Assembly: GCA_902795665.1 (NCBI GenBank)
Contig: CADBMA010000159.1
Location: 1-26,527, forward strand
Length of the DNA stretch: 26,527 bases
From: an uncultured Rhodospirillales bacterium
Lineage (GTDB): Bacteria > Pseudomonadota > Alphaproteobacteria > RF32 > CAG-239
Direction: 5' to 3'
Made by a program: the position numbers and the translations under genes. The notes beneath the pieces are model-generated. The model was given only the letters and a program-made list of their open reading frames with translations. It had not been told where the DNA came from and did no database searches. Numbering within the stretch: position 1 is the stretch's first letter; every line of letters starts with the position of its first letter. Positions 1 to 9,206 of this stretch are shown here, in pieces.

Positions 1-17
1 TAAACTACGCTTGGTAG
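1..17 (+). CDS. Possible 3' end of an upstream gene (…NYAW*), perhaps an outer-membrane protein
   Basis: Frame 3 reads AAC TAC GCT TGG TAG (stop at 15-17). Y-x-W at the C-terminus resembles a beta-barrel signal, and a terminator follows at about 91-122. Only 4 full codons are visible. Confidence 0.25.
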
Positions 18-90
18 GTGGCACGGCCACCGCGCCAACTTGGCATTGTGCCTTGACCAAACAAAATATTTTGTATCTGGCAGCTAACAC

Positions 91-122
91 AAAAAAACTC
101 CCCACCATCGGGGAGTTTTTTT
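91..122 (+). terminator. Intrinsic terminator
   Basis: AAAAAAACTCCC-loop-GGGAGTTTTTTT hairpin with a U tract. Confidence 0.8.
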
Positions 123-161
123 ATAGCAGTGTAAAAAAATATGCATTTTTTTTGCCGAAAA

Positions 162-191
162 CTTGACTTTGTCAAAATCAATCACTAACTA
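162..191 (+). promoter_or_regulatory. Candidate groESL promoter (RpoH-like or sigma70-like)
   Basis: CTTGAC-N17-CTAACT upstream of the GGAG RBS of groES. It resembles the alphaproteobacterial sigma32 consensus CTTG…CTAnnT and overlaps a TTGAC-N3-GTCAA palindrome. Confidence 0.35.
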
Positions 192-225
192 AAGTATAGC
201 AAAATTTTTACAGGAGATTAAAACT

Positions 226-2186
<1,961 letters not shown>

Positions 2187-2198
2187 ACCAGATAAAAC

Positions 2199-2236
2199 AG
2201 AAAAAAATACCCGTTAAAAAAACGGGTATTTTTTCT
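2199..2236 (+). terminator. Intrinsic terminator of groESL
   Basis: AAAAAATACCCGTT-AAAA-AACGGGTATTTTTT inverted repeat. Confidence 0.9.
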
Positions 2237-2237
2237 T

Positions 2238-2267
2238 TTGACTGCACGTTTGTTTTCAGATTATACT
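2238..2267 (+). promoter_or_regulatory. Sigma70-like promoter of the histidine phosphatase gene
   Basis: TTGACT-N18-TATACT, about 30 nt upstream of ATG 2300. Confidence 0.5.
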
Positions 2268-2299
2268 TACTGAGCCGCAAACAATTTGTAGATAAAAAC

Positions 2300-2917
2300 A
2301 TGAAAAAACATTTTTATATATTTCGACATGGGCAAACAATTTGGAATGCTGAGGGACGCCCTCAGGGACAGCATGAATATCCGGTACCCCTGACAGTGAC
2401 AGGCAAAGAACAGGCTTTGATGCTTGCGCAAAAGCTCAAAGATAAAAAAATTAAACGAATTGTCAGCTCTGATTTGCTGCGTGCCATGCAAACAGGAACT
2501 ATTATAGCTGAAGAATTAAATGTGCCTATTGAATTTGACAAGAGGCTGCGTGAAGTAGATTATGGAATTTTAAATGGACTGTATACCATTGAACGACAAG
2601 AAGTTTATCCTGATTTTCGGCTATGCTATGAAAATATGGATTTACCCTTTCCGGAAGGAGAAAGCCTAAACACAGTGGCTGTGCGTTTTGCTCAAGCACT
2701 GCATAAAATTGCAACCGATGTGCCGCACCGCATAATTGGCATTTCTTCGCATGGACATGCAATCACAGCATTTATTGCCAAAACATTTAATTATAAAATG
2801 CAGCGTGTAGATAACTGCGATTATGTGCATATTACGTATGATCCTGCTAAAGCTGTTTTTGAGGCAATAGAACTACTGCCCGAAAGAGCTGAATTTGCTA
2901 TAACCGTTAATTATTAG
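2300..2917 (+). CDS. Histidine phosphatase family protein (phosphoglycerate mutase/CobC-like)
   Basis: RHGQTIWN catalytic motif, SSDLLRAMQT, RLREVDYG, GES and SHG motifs. Confidence 0.9.
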   Translation: MKKHFYIFRHGQTIWNAEGRPQGQHEYPVPLTVTGKEQALMLAQKLKDKKIKRIVSSDLLRAMQTGTIIAEELNVPIEFDKRLREVDYGILNGLYTIERQEVYPDFRLCYENMDLPFPEGESLNTVAVRFAQALHKIATDVPHRIIGISSHGHAITAFIAKTFNYKMQRVDNCDYVHITYDPAKAVFEAIELLPERAEFAITVNY

Positions 2918-2959
2918 AAATGGTTCGTAAAAAAAAATAATAAAATAATAAAAAAACGC

Positions 2960-2987
2960 TTGCAAAAATTTTTACTTGTGATATTAA
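2960..2987 (+). promoter_or_regulatory. Promoter of tRNA-Gly
   Basis: TTGCAA-N16-TATTAA with extended -10 TG and an AT-rich upstream tract. Confidence 0.4.
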
Positions 2988-3006
2988 ATAACACGTTCTA
3001 CATGAT

Positions 3007-3081
3007 GCGGGCGTAGCTCAGGGGTAGAGCGCGACCTTGCCAAGGTCGATGTCGAGGGTTCAAATCCCTTCACCCGCTCCA
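3007..3081 (+). tRNA. tRNA-Gly (anticodon GCC)
   Basis: Cloverleaf: GCGGGCG acceptor, GCTC/GAGC D stem, CGACC-TTGCCAA-GGTCG anticodon arm, GAGGG-TTCAAAT-CCCTT T arm, discriminator U, encoded CCA. Confidence 0.97.
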
Positions 3082-3089
3082 ATTGAAAC

Positions 3090-3115
3090 AAAAGCCACCT
3101 TTAAGGTGGCTTTTT
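3090..3115 (+). terminator. Intrinsic terminator after tRNA-Gly
   Basis: AAAAGCCACCT…AGGTGGCTTTTT hairpin. Confidence 0.85.
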
Positions 3116-3273
3116 GTGTACAGAGATATACGAATGTTTTTCCTATAAAAAAACAGATAATAAAACATTCAGATTTCTGCAAATCTTTGCAGAATAAATA
3201 AGTTGTTTTTTTTGAAAAAAATGTTACACTTACCGATATTTAAAAATATTATGTATAATTATTAAAACTACAG

Positions 3274-4002
3274 ATGATTATGGAAAAAAAATCTACAGAA
3301 GAGCAAATGCTTATGTTTGAGCAGCCCAACGCAGAAAAACTAGTTTGCAAGTACATTTCAGACGGATTGAAATTATGTTATGCTGCAAGGGTTAAGCTAA
3401 CACAAAGATTGCCCGAGGAGCTCCGCATGAAAGAAATGATTGCTTTTAGTCTCGGGTTTGATAAACCGCCAAAAATATCTATAAAACTCTCTGTAAAGGA
3501 TGCTATTGAAATTATTCATTATGACTATCTCAGCGATATAGCTCAAAAAGAAATATTGAGAAAGTTTTCTTGTGATGTGTCCCACGCTTTGTTGCTTCAA
3601 TATGGCAGAGCATGGACACTTTGCAAAAGAGCTCAAATGCTGATTATTCAGACTTCTCCAGCTAGCGAAGGGTTGAATTTCTTGGATGAAATCCTGTACC
3701 CTCACGAAGATGCAGTGCTACAGGCAATAGGATTGTATCCTCCTGAGGCATTAAAAGGCTTCTTTATGAATCGCACTTGCTTAAGTGATACTGTTCTGGA
3801 AAAGTTGATAATGAAACTTCCTTCGGCCTATTCTAAAGACGTCTTATTGGAATATAGCACAACTGAGCAGATGAGTCCTGAAATTCAAAAAAAAATTATA
3901 GAAAATCTTGATTTAGATGATGCTAGGTTCATCTTGATAAAAGCGTGGCTAATCTACGGCAACCCGCTTTGTCAAGAAGCGTTAGAGTTTTTGGGTAAAT
4001 AG
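3274..4002 (+). CDS. Hypothetical protein with imperfect helical repeats of about 30 aa
   Basis: 242-aa ORF with an upstream TATAAT and a downstream terminator; recurring L[SC]xxAQxxLI-like motif; no family recognised. Confidence 0.75.
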   Translation: MIMEKKSTEEQMLMFEQPNAEKLVCKYISDGLKLCYAARVKLTQRLPEELRMKEMIAFSLGFDKPPKISIKLSVKDAIEIIHYDYLSDIAQKEILRKFSCDVSHALLLQYGRAWTLCKRAQMLIIQTSPASEGLNFLDEILYPHEDAVLQAIGLYPPEALKGFFMNRTCLSDTVLEKLIMKLPSAYSKDVLLEYSTTEQMSPEIQKKIIENLDLDDARFILIKAWLIYGNPLCQEALEFLGK

Positions 4003-4003
4003 C

Positions 4004-4033
4004 AAACAAGCTCCTTTAAATAGGGAGCTTGTT
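4004..4033. terminator. Terminator between convergent genes (likely bidirectional)
   Basis: AAACAAGCTCC-N9-GGAGCTTGTTT followed by a T run. Confidence 0.85.
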
Positions 4034-4065
4034 TTTTTGTTAGCGCTTTACAGAATACCTTCAGT

Positions 4066-5226
4066 TTACAAGAAGATATCTATTATTTTAATGGCGGCAG
4101 CTTGTCCTGAAGCTATTGCTTCGACCAGAGTTGAACCGCCGGTTTTGCAATCTCCGGCAAAAAATATTTTTTCCGAATCTTCATATCGCGGAGCCGAGCT
4201 GCCTATCGCCTTAATTACCAAATTAAAATGCGGACGCTCTATCAAAGTTCCGGATATAGGTTGAAGTTTGCCGTCTACAAAATGATTTTTACAAGTGTCC
4301 AAGGTTAATAGCCCTTCATCAACGTGGATTTGTTTTACACTTGTCATAGTGGTCAAATCGATATCGTTTTCCAGCAAAGACATTCTTTCTTCGGCTGTAA
4401 TTCTCATATCGCCTATTTTTCTACGCACAAACATTTCAACATTTTGGGCGCCGTTTTTTCGTGCTGTTAAAGCGCAGTCAACGGCCACGGCTCCGCCTCC
4501 GATAATTGCAACATTGCCGTCCGTAACAAAATCTTTTGGACTGCGCAAATATTCAAGATATGAAACGGCACATTCTTCTCCCTCAATTCCTAAGTCAATC
4601 ACATTCGGTTCGCCGCAGGCAACGATTACAGCATCAAAACCCTGCTTTAAAAGGGAGGTGTAATTTTCGACAACGTGATTCAAACGGAGTTCAATCAACG
4701 AATTTTGAGCTACAAATTCCCAGTCTGCTCTAATTACTTCATGAGGCAAGCGAAATTGGGGAATTAGATTTAAGGCACCACCGACCCGATCAGATGCTTC
4801 AAAAATAACAACAGCAAATCCGTTTTTGCCTAAATAAGCTGCCGCACCGATTCCGGCCGGACCTGCACCAACCACAGCGATTCGGTGTCCATTAAACTTT
4901 ATGTCCGAGGTTGATGATGGATATCCGTGCTTGAGAATAGAGGCTTGAATCTTCGGAATATTAATCGGAAAATCGAGATGAGAACGTGTGCAAGCATTCA
5001 TACAAAATTTATCCGGACAAATCAATCCGCATGACTGCCCCATCGGATTGGCATTAACAATAGAAGCGGCGGCTCCTTCATAATCACCATTTTTAGCCAT
5101 TTGTATAAAGTCATGAGGACTGCAGCCAACCGGACATGCTTTCATGCAAGGCTTAGTTTTACAATTAAGGCATCGATTAATTTCCGCATTAAGCTGAGCC
5201 TGGTTCAAATATATGTTTTTCGTCAT
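4066..5226 (-). CDS. PreT/GltD-like NAD(P)-dependent Fe-S flavo-oxidoreductase
   Basis: RCLNCKTKPCMKACP and CGLICPDKFCMNAC cluster motifs, FAD motif GAGPAG, second Rossmann motif GGGAVAVD…RR, FAGDC. The ORF is open to 5259, but ATG 5226 (MTKNIY) is preferred because a possible promoter overlaps 5259. Confidence 0.88.
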   Translation of the reverse strand: MTKNIYLNQAQLNAEINRCLNCKTKPCMKACPVGCSPHDFIQMAKNGDYEGAAASIVNANPMGQSCGLICPDKFCMNACTRSHLDFPINIPKIQASILKHGYPSSTSDIKFNGHRIAVVGAGPAGIGAAAYLGKNGFAVVIFEASDRVGGALNLIPQFRLPHEVIRADWEFVAQNSLIELRLNHVVENYTSLLKQGFDAVIVACGEPNVIDLGIEGEECAVSYLEYLRSPKDFVTDGNVAIIGGGAVAVDCALTARKNGAQNVEMFVRRKIGDMRITAEERMSLLENDIDLTTMTSVKQIHVDEGLLTLDTCKNHFVDGKLQPISGTLIERPHFNLVIKAIGSSAPRYEDSEKIFFAGDCKTGGSTLVEAIASGQAAAIKIIDIFL

Positions 5227-5292
5227 TTTCCATTGTTTCCTAATAGCCGACCGAGCCATATTAAATTGAGGTCAGGCATGAAATCAAAATCG

Positions 5293-5318
5293 AAAAGCCT
5301 CCTATTGAGGAGGCTTTT
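5293..5318 (-). terminator. Intrinsic terminator after the OMP gene
   Basis: AAAAGCCTCCT-ATTG-AGGAGGCTTTT inverted repeat. Confidence 0.85.
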
Positions 5319-5337
5319 GTATTTTCAAACTACCATC

Positions 5338-6000
5338 TTAGAATACGTAGCGCAAACCGCCGTATACTTCGTGATTGTGGATTTGACCTTTACCTAACTT
5401 ACCAAAGTCAAAGTAACGATATCCGACATCCAAGTTCAAACGGTTGGTCATCTTTGCAGACAAACCGGCACCGACTGACCAAGTAAAGCGAGTCTTTTTG
5501 TAGCTGTCAGATCCGGTTACATCTTGTACAGTTTCGCCACCGATTACAACAGCATCTCTGTAAGAGTAGTTATATTCCAACTCGCTCACACCGACACCGG
5601 CGCTCAAATAAGGTGTAAACCATGTGTACGGTGATAAATCCCAATAAATGTTGAACATATAAGAGGTGTAATCAAACTCACCCTTACTGGAGGATATGTT
5701 ATCTTGATTAAGATCCGGATCATGCAGAACCACAGTATGTTTATCCTCATTGGTATCGCGCCAGATATATTCAACCTCTGCACGGAAGTACTCATAACGA
5801 TAACCCAAAGCTCCGCTCAGCATCAAATCTGTGCCGCCAATATCAAAACGATTTGAGCCTTTGCTTTCATCGTCGATTGTCGGGCTGGAACCGCCGCCAC
5901 GCAAGGCGATATAAATACCATCACATTCGGCATGAGCTGAACCGGCTGCGGCAATACCCATAACTGCAGCAGATAGACCAATCATCATTCTTTTTAGCAT
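5338..6000 (-). CDS. Outer-membrane beta-barrel protein (8-stranded Opa/PagN/OmpA-TM-like)
   Basis: Signal peptide ending AHA|E; alternating strands ALGYRY, RAEVEY, PYLSAGVG, LDVGYRY; C-terminal GLRYVF. Confidence 0.88.
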   Translation of the reverse strand: MLKRMMIGLSAAVMGIAAAGSAHAECDGIYIALRGGGSSPTIDDESKGSNRFDIGGTDLMLSGALGYRYEYFRAEVEYIWRDTNEDKHTVVLHDPDLNQDNISSSKGEFDYTSYMFNIYWDLSPYTWFTPYLSAGVGVSELEYNYSYRDAVVIGGETVQDVTGSDSYKKTRFTWSVGAGLSAKMTNRLNLDVGYRYFDFGKLGKGQIHNHEVYGGLRYVF

Positions 6001-6136
6001 TCTAAAATTCCTTTTTTAGCTGTTGGACAAAATTTGTTATAAGCAACACTACCTTATTTTTTATAATGAATCAAGTTTTTTTATAGCAAAATACAAAAAA
6101 TATTGAAATATCCCTCTAATATGGTATCAAAAAAGA

Positions 6137-6655
6137 ATGAGAGCAACAAAAGAGACATATGCCCGAAGCGGGAGCGGCGGTTTTAATACATTGGCGACAT
6201 CAATATTGCCGCTAATGCGGCGGATTCTCGGCAAAAAAGGGATGGTAACGGCTGATTTAATTGCCTTATGGGAGCAAATAGTCGGATCTGAGATGTCTGC
6301 ATATACATTTCCTGAAAAAGTTGAATTTTTACGGGGAGAGCGCGGCAACGGAACTTTAAGGGTTAAGGTTCCCGGTGGTGCGTTTGCTTTAGAGGTTCAG
6401 CATCGCGAGAAATTTATTGTTGAAAAAATAAATGCTTATTTCGGATATAATGCCATTTCCAAACTAAAGATAATCCAAGATGCCAACTTTGCTCGAAGAG
6501 CAGTTATCAAAAGTAATCAACCGGCAATGCAAAAAACTCTTGTAAGCGAAGAAGAACAAAATTATATTATGCAGAAAGTCAAAAATATTTCTGACGCCGA
6601 ACTGCGGGAGAAACTTGCGGAACTTGGCAAAAAAGTGTTTAACCAAAATAGATAA
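6137..6655 (+). CDS. dciA: DUF721/DciA-family protein (putative replicative helicase loader)
   Basis: WEQIVG, GTLRVKV…ALEVQH…IVEKINAYFGYNAISKLKIIQ, typical of alphaproteobacterial DUF721; upstream of dsbA. Confidence 0.8.
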   Translation: MRATKETYARSGSGGFNTLATSILPLMRRILGKKGMVTADLIALWEQIVGSEMSAYTFPEKVEFLRGERGNGTLRVKVPGGAFALEVQHREKFIVEKINAYFGYNAISKLKIIQDANFARRAVIKSNQPAMQKTLVSEEEQNYIMQKVKNISDAELREKLAELGKKVFNQNR

Positions 6656-6669
6656 GTGAGTTATCATAC

Positions 6670-7383
6670 ATGTTTGAAAAATTTATAAAGATAATCAGCC
6701 GCACTTTGGCAACGGTAATAATGTTTTTACTTGCCGATAGTTTTTATTTGTCTCAAAAAGGCTTTGTTTGGAGCGATGGAAATATTGTTTTACTCAAGAG
6801 CGCACAAGCTGCTGAGGCAGATCAAAAACCCTTAGATACTGCCAATTTTAACATGAAACCTCATCATGTTCTTGGCAAAAGTGATGCTCCGGTTACAATA
6901 TATGAGTTTTCTTCTTTGGGATGCACTCATTGTGCAGATTTTCATCTTGATACACTCCCTAAACTGCAAGAAGAATTTATTGATATAGGTAAGGTTAAAC
7001 TGATTTTTGCAGACTTTCCGATTGATAAGCGCTCCATGCAGGCAGCAATGCTTGCTCGCTGTATGCCGGAAAATAAATATTTTGATTTTCTTGCGATTCT
7101 GTTCAAAAAACAAATGTCATGGGGACTGTCTTTCAAAGCCGAAAAATTGCTCTCCGGATATGCGGAAGTTGAGGGCATAACTCCAGAAGAAGCAAAAGTA
7201 TGTATGGACAATAAAGATGTTGCTAACGATATAATTTATGTTCGTCAGCAAGCTATGGAAAAACTGGGAATTAGAGCAACTCCATCATTTTTAATTCGCT
7301 CGGCAGATGGCGACGAAATTATATCCGGAGCCCCGGATTATAATGATCTAAAAGAAATTATAAATAAAAAGCTTGAAAATTAA
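6670..7383 (+). CDS. DsbA-family thioredoxin-fold protein
   Basis: N-terminal hydrophobic segment, LGKSDAPVTIYEFSSLGCTHCADFH (CxxC), cis-Pro loop ATPSF, and an extra Cys pair in the helical domain. Confidence 0.9.
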   Translation: MFEKFIKIISRTLATVIMFLLADSFYLSQKGFVWSDGNIVLLKSAQAAEADQKPLDTANFNMKPHHVLGKSDAPVTIYEFSSLGCTHCADFHLDTLPKLQEEFIDIGKVKLIFADFPIDKRSMQAAMLARCMPENKYFDFLAILFKKQMSWGLSFKAEKLLSGYAEVEGITPEEAKVCMDNKDVANDIIYVRQQAMEKLGIRATPSFLIRSADGDEIISGAPDYNDLKEIINKKLEN

Positions 7384-7414
7384 TAAGTAAGTAACTTTTT
7401 AGAGGTATAAGATT

Positions 7415-7729
7415 TTGACAAAGGAAAATATTCCTGAAAAGCTGAAAAAACTGGAAGAAAAGATTGAGAGTTTTCGCAATACTTCTTCCAAGCAGAAACA
7501 AAAATCAGCGGAGTATTCGATAGCAGTCGGCAGAGGTGTTCGGCTGGCAGCGGATTTGCTGGCCGGAGTTGTTGTCGGATCAGGTATCGGATTTGTACTT
7601 GATTGGCTGTTAAACACACGCCCTATTATGCTGGTTGTTTTTTTGCTGTTTGGCGGAGCCGCCGGCTTTTTGAATATTTACCGTACAGCACATAGTACAG
7701 AACAACATAACGAATTGAAGGATCACTAA
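7415..7729 (+). CDS. atpI: AtpZ/AtpI family protein
   Basis: TTG start with GAGG RBS; two TM helices DLLAGVVVGSGIGFVLDWLLNTRP…LFGGAAGFLNIYR. Confidence 0.88.
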   Translation: MTKENIPEKLKKLEEKIESFRNTSSKQKQKSAEYSIAVGRGVRLAADLLAGVVVGSGIGFVLDWLLNTRPIMLVVFLLFGGAAGFLNIYRTAHSTEQHNELKDH

Positions 7730-7730
7730 C

Positions 7731-8453
7731 TTGTCAAATCCTATGGAACAATTTAATATCAAAAAAATTATCCCGATTGAAGTCGGAGGATATGACATAT
7801 CCTTTACCAATTCATCGCTGTTTATGTTTTTGGCTGTAATCTGCTGTTCTTTTTTGTTTTTGTTCTGCTTGCGCCGCCGCACAATTGTGCCCACCGGAGC
7901 GCAGGCTTTTGCGGAAATGATTTATAATTTCATTCATTCCTTGGTCAGAGAAAATGTCGGCGTTGAAGGATTGAAATATTTTAGTTTTATTTTTTCATTA
8001 TTCTTGTTTGTAGCATTTGGCAATGTTTTGGGGTTGTTTCCATATGCATTTACATTTACCTCGCATGTGGCTGCGGTTGGAACGCTGTCCTTAACGGCTC
8101 TGCTCCTAAATATTGCAATTGGTATCAAAAAGAAAAAGTGGGGATATATTCATACCATTATGCCTAAAGGCATCCCATGGGCTTTGGCTCCGCTGGTTAT
8201 GCCTATTGAAACTATTTCGCTGTTATCAAAGCCGTTCAGTCTTACGGTACGTTTGGTTGCCAATATGACCGTTGGACATATTATGCTGAAAATAATAGCC
8301 GGATTTGTGGTAGCACTCGGAGCGGTAGGCTTTATACCGTTACTGTTTGATGCCGGTATTATTATTTTTGAACTGTTTATTGCTTTGCTTCAAGCTTTTA
8401 TATATACAGTCTTGAGCTGTATTTACTTGAGCGATGCGTTACACAGTCACTAA
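7731..8453 (+). CDS. atpB: ATP synthase F0 subunit a
   Basis: MSNPMEQF, FTNSSLFM, SLTVRLVANM (essential Arg), LQAFIY. Confidence 0.97.
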   Translation: MSNPMEQFNIKKIIPIEVGGYDISFTNSSLFMFLAVICCSFLFLFCLRRRTIVPTGAQAFAEMIYNFIHSLVRENVGVEGLKYFSFIFSLFLFVAFGNVLGLFPYAFTFTSHVAAVGTLSLTALLLNIAIGIKKKKWGYIHTIMPKGIPWALAPLVMPIETISLLSKPFSLTVRLVANMTVGHIMLKIIAGFVVALGAVGFIPLLFDAGIIIFELFIALLQAFIYTVLSCIYLSDALHSH

Positions 8454-8480
8454 ACTGAATAATTTTAGAAAGGAAAAAAA

Positions 8481-8708
8481 ATGGAACCTATGGCTTATAT
8501 CGGCGCTGCTATCTGCGCTTTAACCATGACTGTTGCCGCTTGGGGCGTAACTCAAATATGGGTAACAATGATTACTACGGTAGGACGCAATCCTCAGGTA
8601 AAAAAAGATGTTGATATCTACGGATGGGCTGGCTTTGCTGCGGTTGAAGCTATTGCTTTGTATGCTTTGGTAGTTGCGCTGGTTATGCTGACCGGCGGCG
8701 GTAACTAA
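8481..8708 (+). CDS. atpE: ATP synthase F0 subunit c
   Basis: 75-aa hairpin with RNP loop and ion-binding Glu56, located between atpB and the b subunits. Confidence 0.93.
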   Translation: MEPMAYIGAAICALTMTVAAWGVTQIWVTMITTVGRNPQVKKDVDIYGWAGFAAVEAIALYALVVALVMLTGGGN

Positions 8709-8723
8709 ATTGATGGATGACCA

Positions 8724-9206
8724 ATGCCGCAGCTTAACAGTACAACTTTTTTATCACAGATGTTCTGGCTGATTGTCAGCTTTTCCATAATGTGGATGAT
8801 TGTGGGGAATTTTATTGTACCTAAAATCGCAGATATTATACAAAGACGTCAACGCAAAATAGATGACTATTTAGCTGCGGCAGAAGAGTTTAAACAAGCG
8901 ACTCAGGAATTGATTTCGCGCTATGAAACTACGCTGAGTCGCACAGAACAAGAAGTCGCAAAATATCAAACAGATGCAGAAAAAGCTTTGCAAGAACAAA
9001 AACAGGCTATGTCGGCAGAAGTATCCGCACAGCTTGAGCAAAAAATGAATAACAACAAACAAGATTTGCATGATATTCAAAATTCAGTTAAAGCCCAAAT
9101 TGACGATTTGGCATCAAATTTGGCTGAAAAAGTTTTGCTCAAGTTAAATCTGCCGAACATTGGTCGCAATGAAATTGCAAAAACCATGAAAAAGGATAAA
9201 AAATAA
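8724..9206 (+). CDS. ATP synthase F0 subunit b' (b2)
   Basis: MPQLN…SQMFWL N-terminus typical of alphaproteobacterial b', then a long coiled coil. Confidence 0.92.
   Translation: MPQLNSTTFLSQMFWLIVSFSIMWMIVGNFIVPKIADIIQRRQRKIDDYLAAAEEFKQATQELISRYETTLSRTEQEVAKYQTDAEKALQEQKQAMSAEVSAQLEQKMNNNKQDLHDIQNSVKAQIDDLASNLAEKVLLKLNLPNIGRNEIAKTMKKDKK

Noticed and set aside
176-205. CIRCE-like CACT…AGT near groES
   Set aside because: The right half does not match GAGTGCTAA and the spacing is wrong.
3060-4070. Integrative element at tRNA-Gly
   Set aside because: No integrase and no visible duplication of the tRNA 3' end (att site) downstream.
5227-5292. Riboswitch upstream of the PreT-like gene
   Set aside because: Too short, with no purine or preQ1 aptamer consensus; better explained by a promoter and RBS.
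6073-6087. AGTTTTTTTATAGCA-like match shared with about 113-127
   Set aside because: Low-complexity sequence; one copy is a terminator tail, so the match is likely chance.
8481-8708. Na+-coupled ATP synthase
   Set aside because: The c subunit lacks the Gln and the Ser/Thr following Glu that form the Na+ site.
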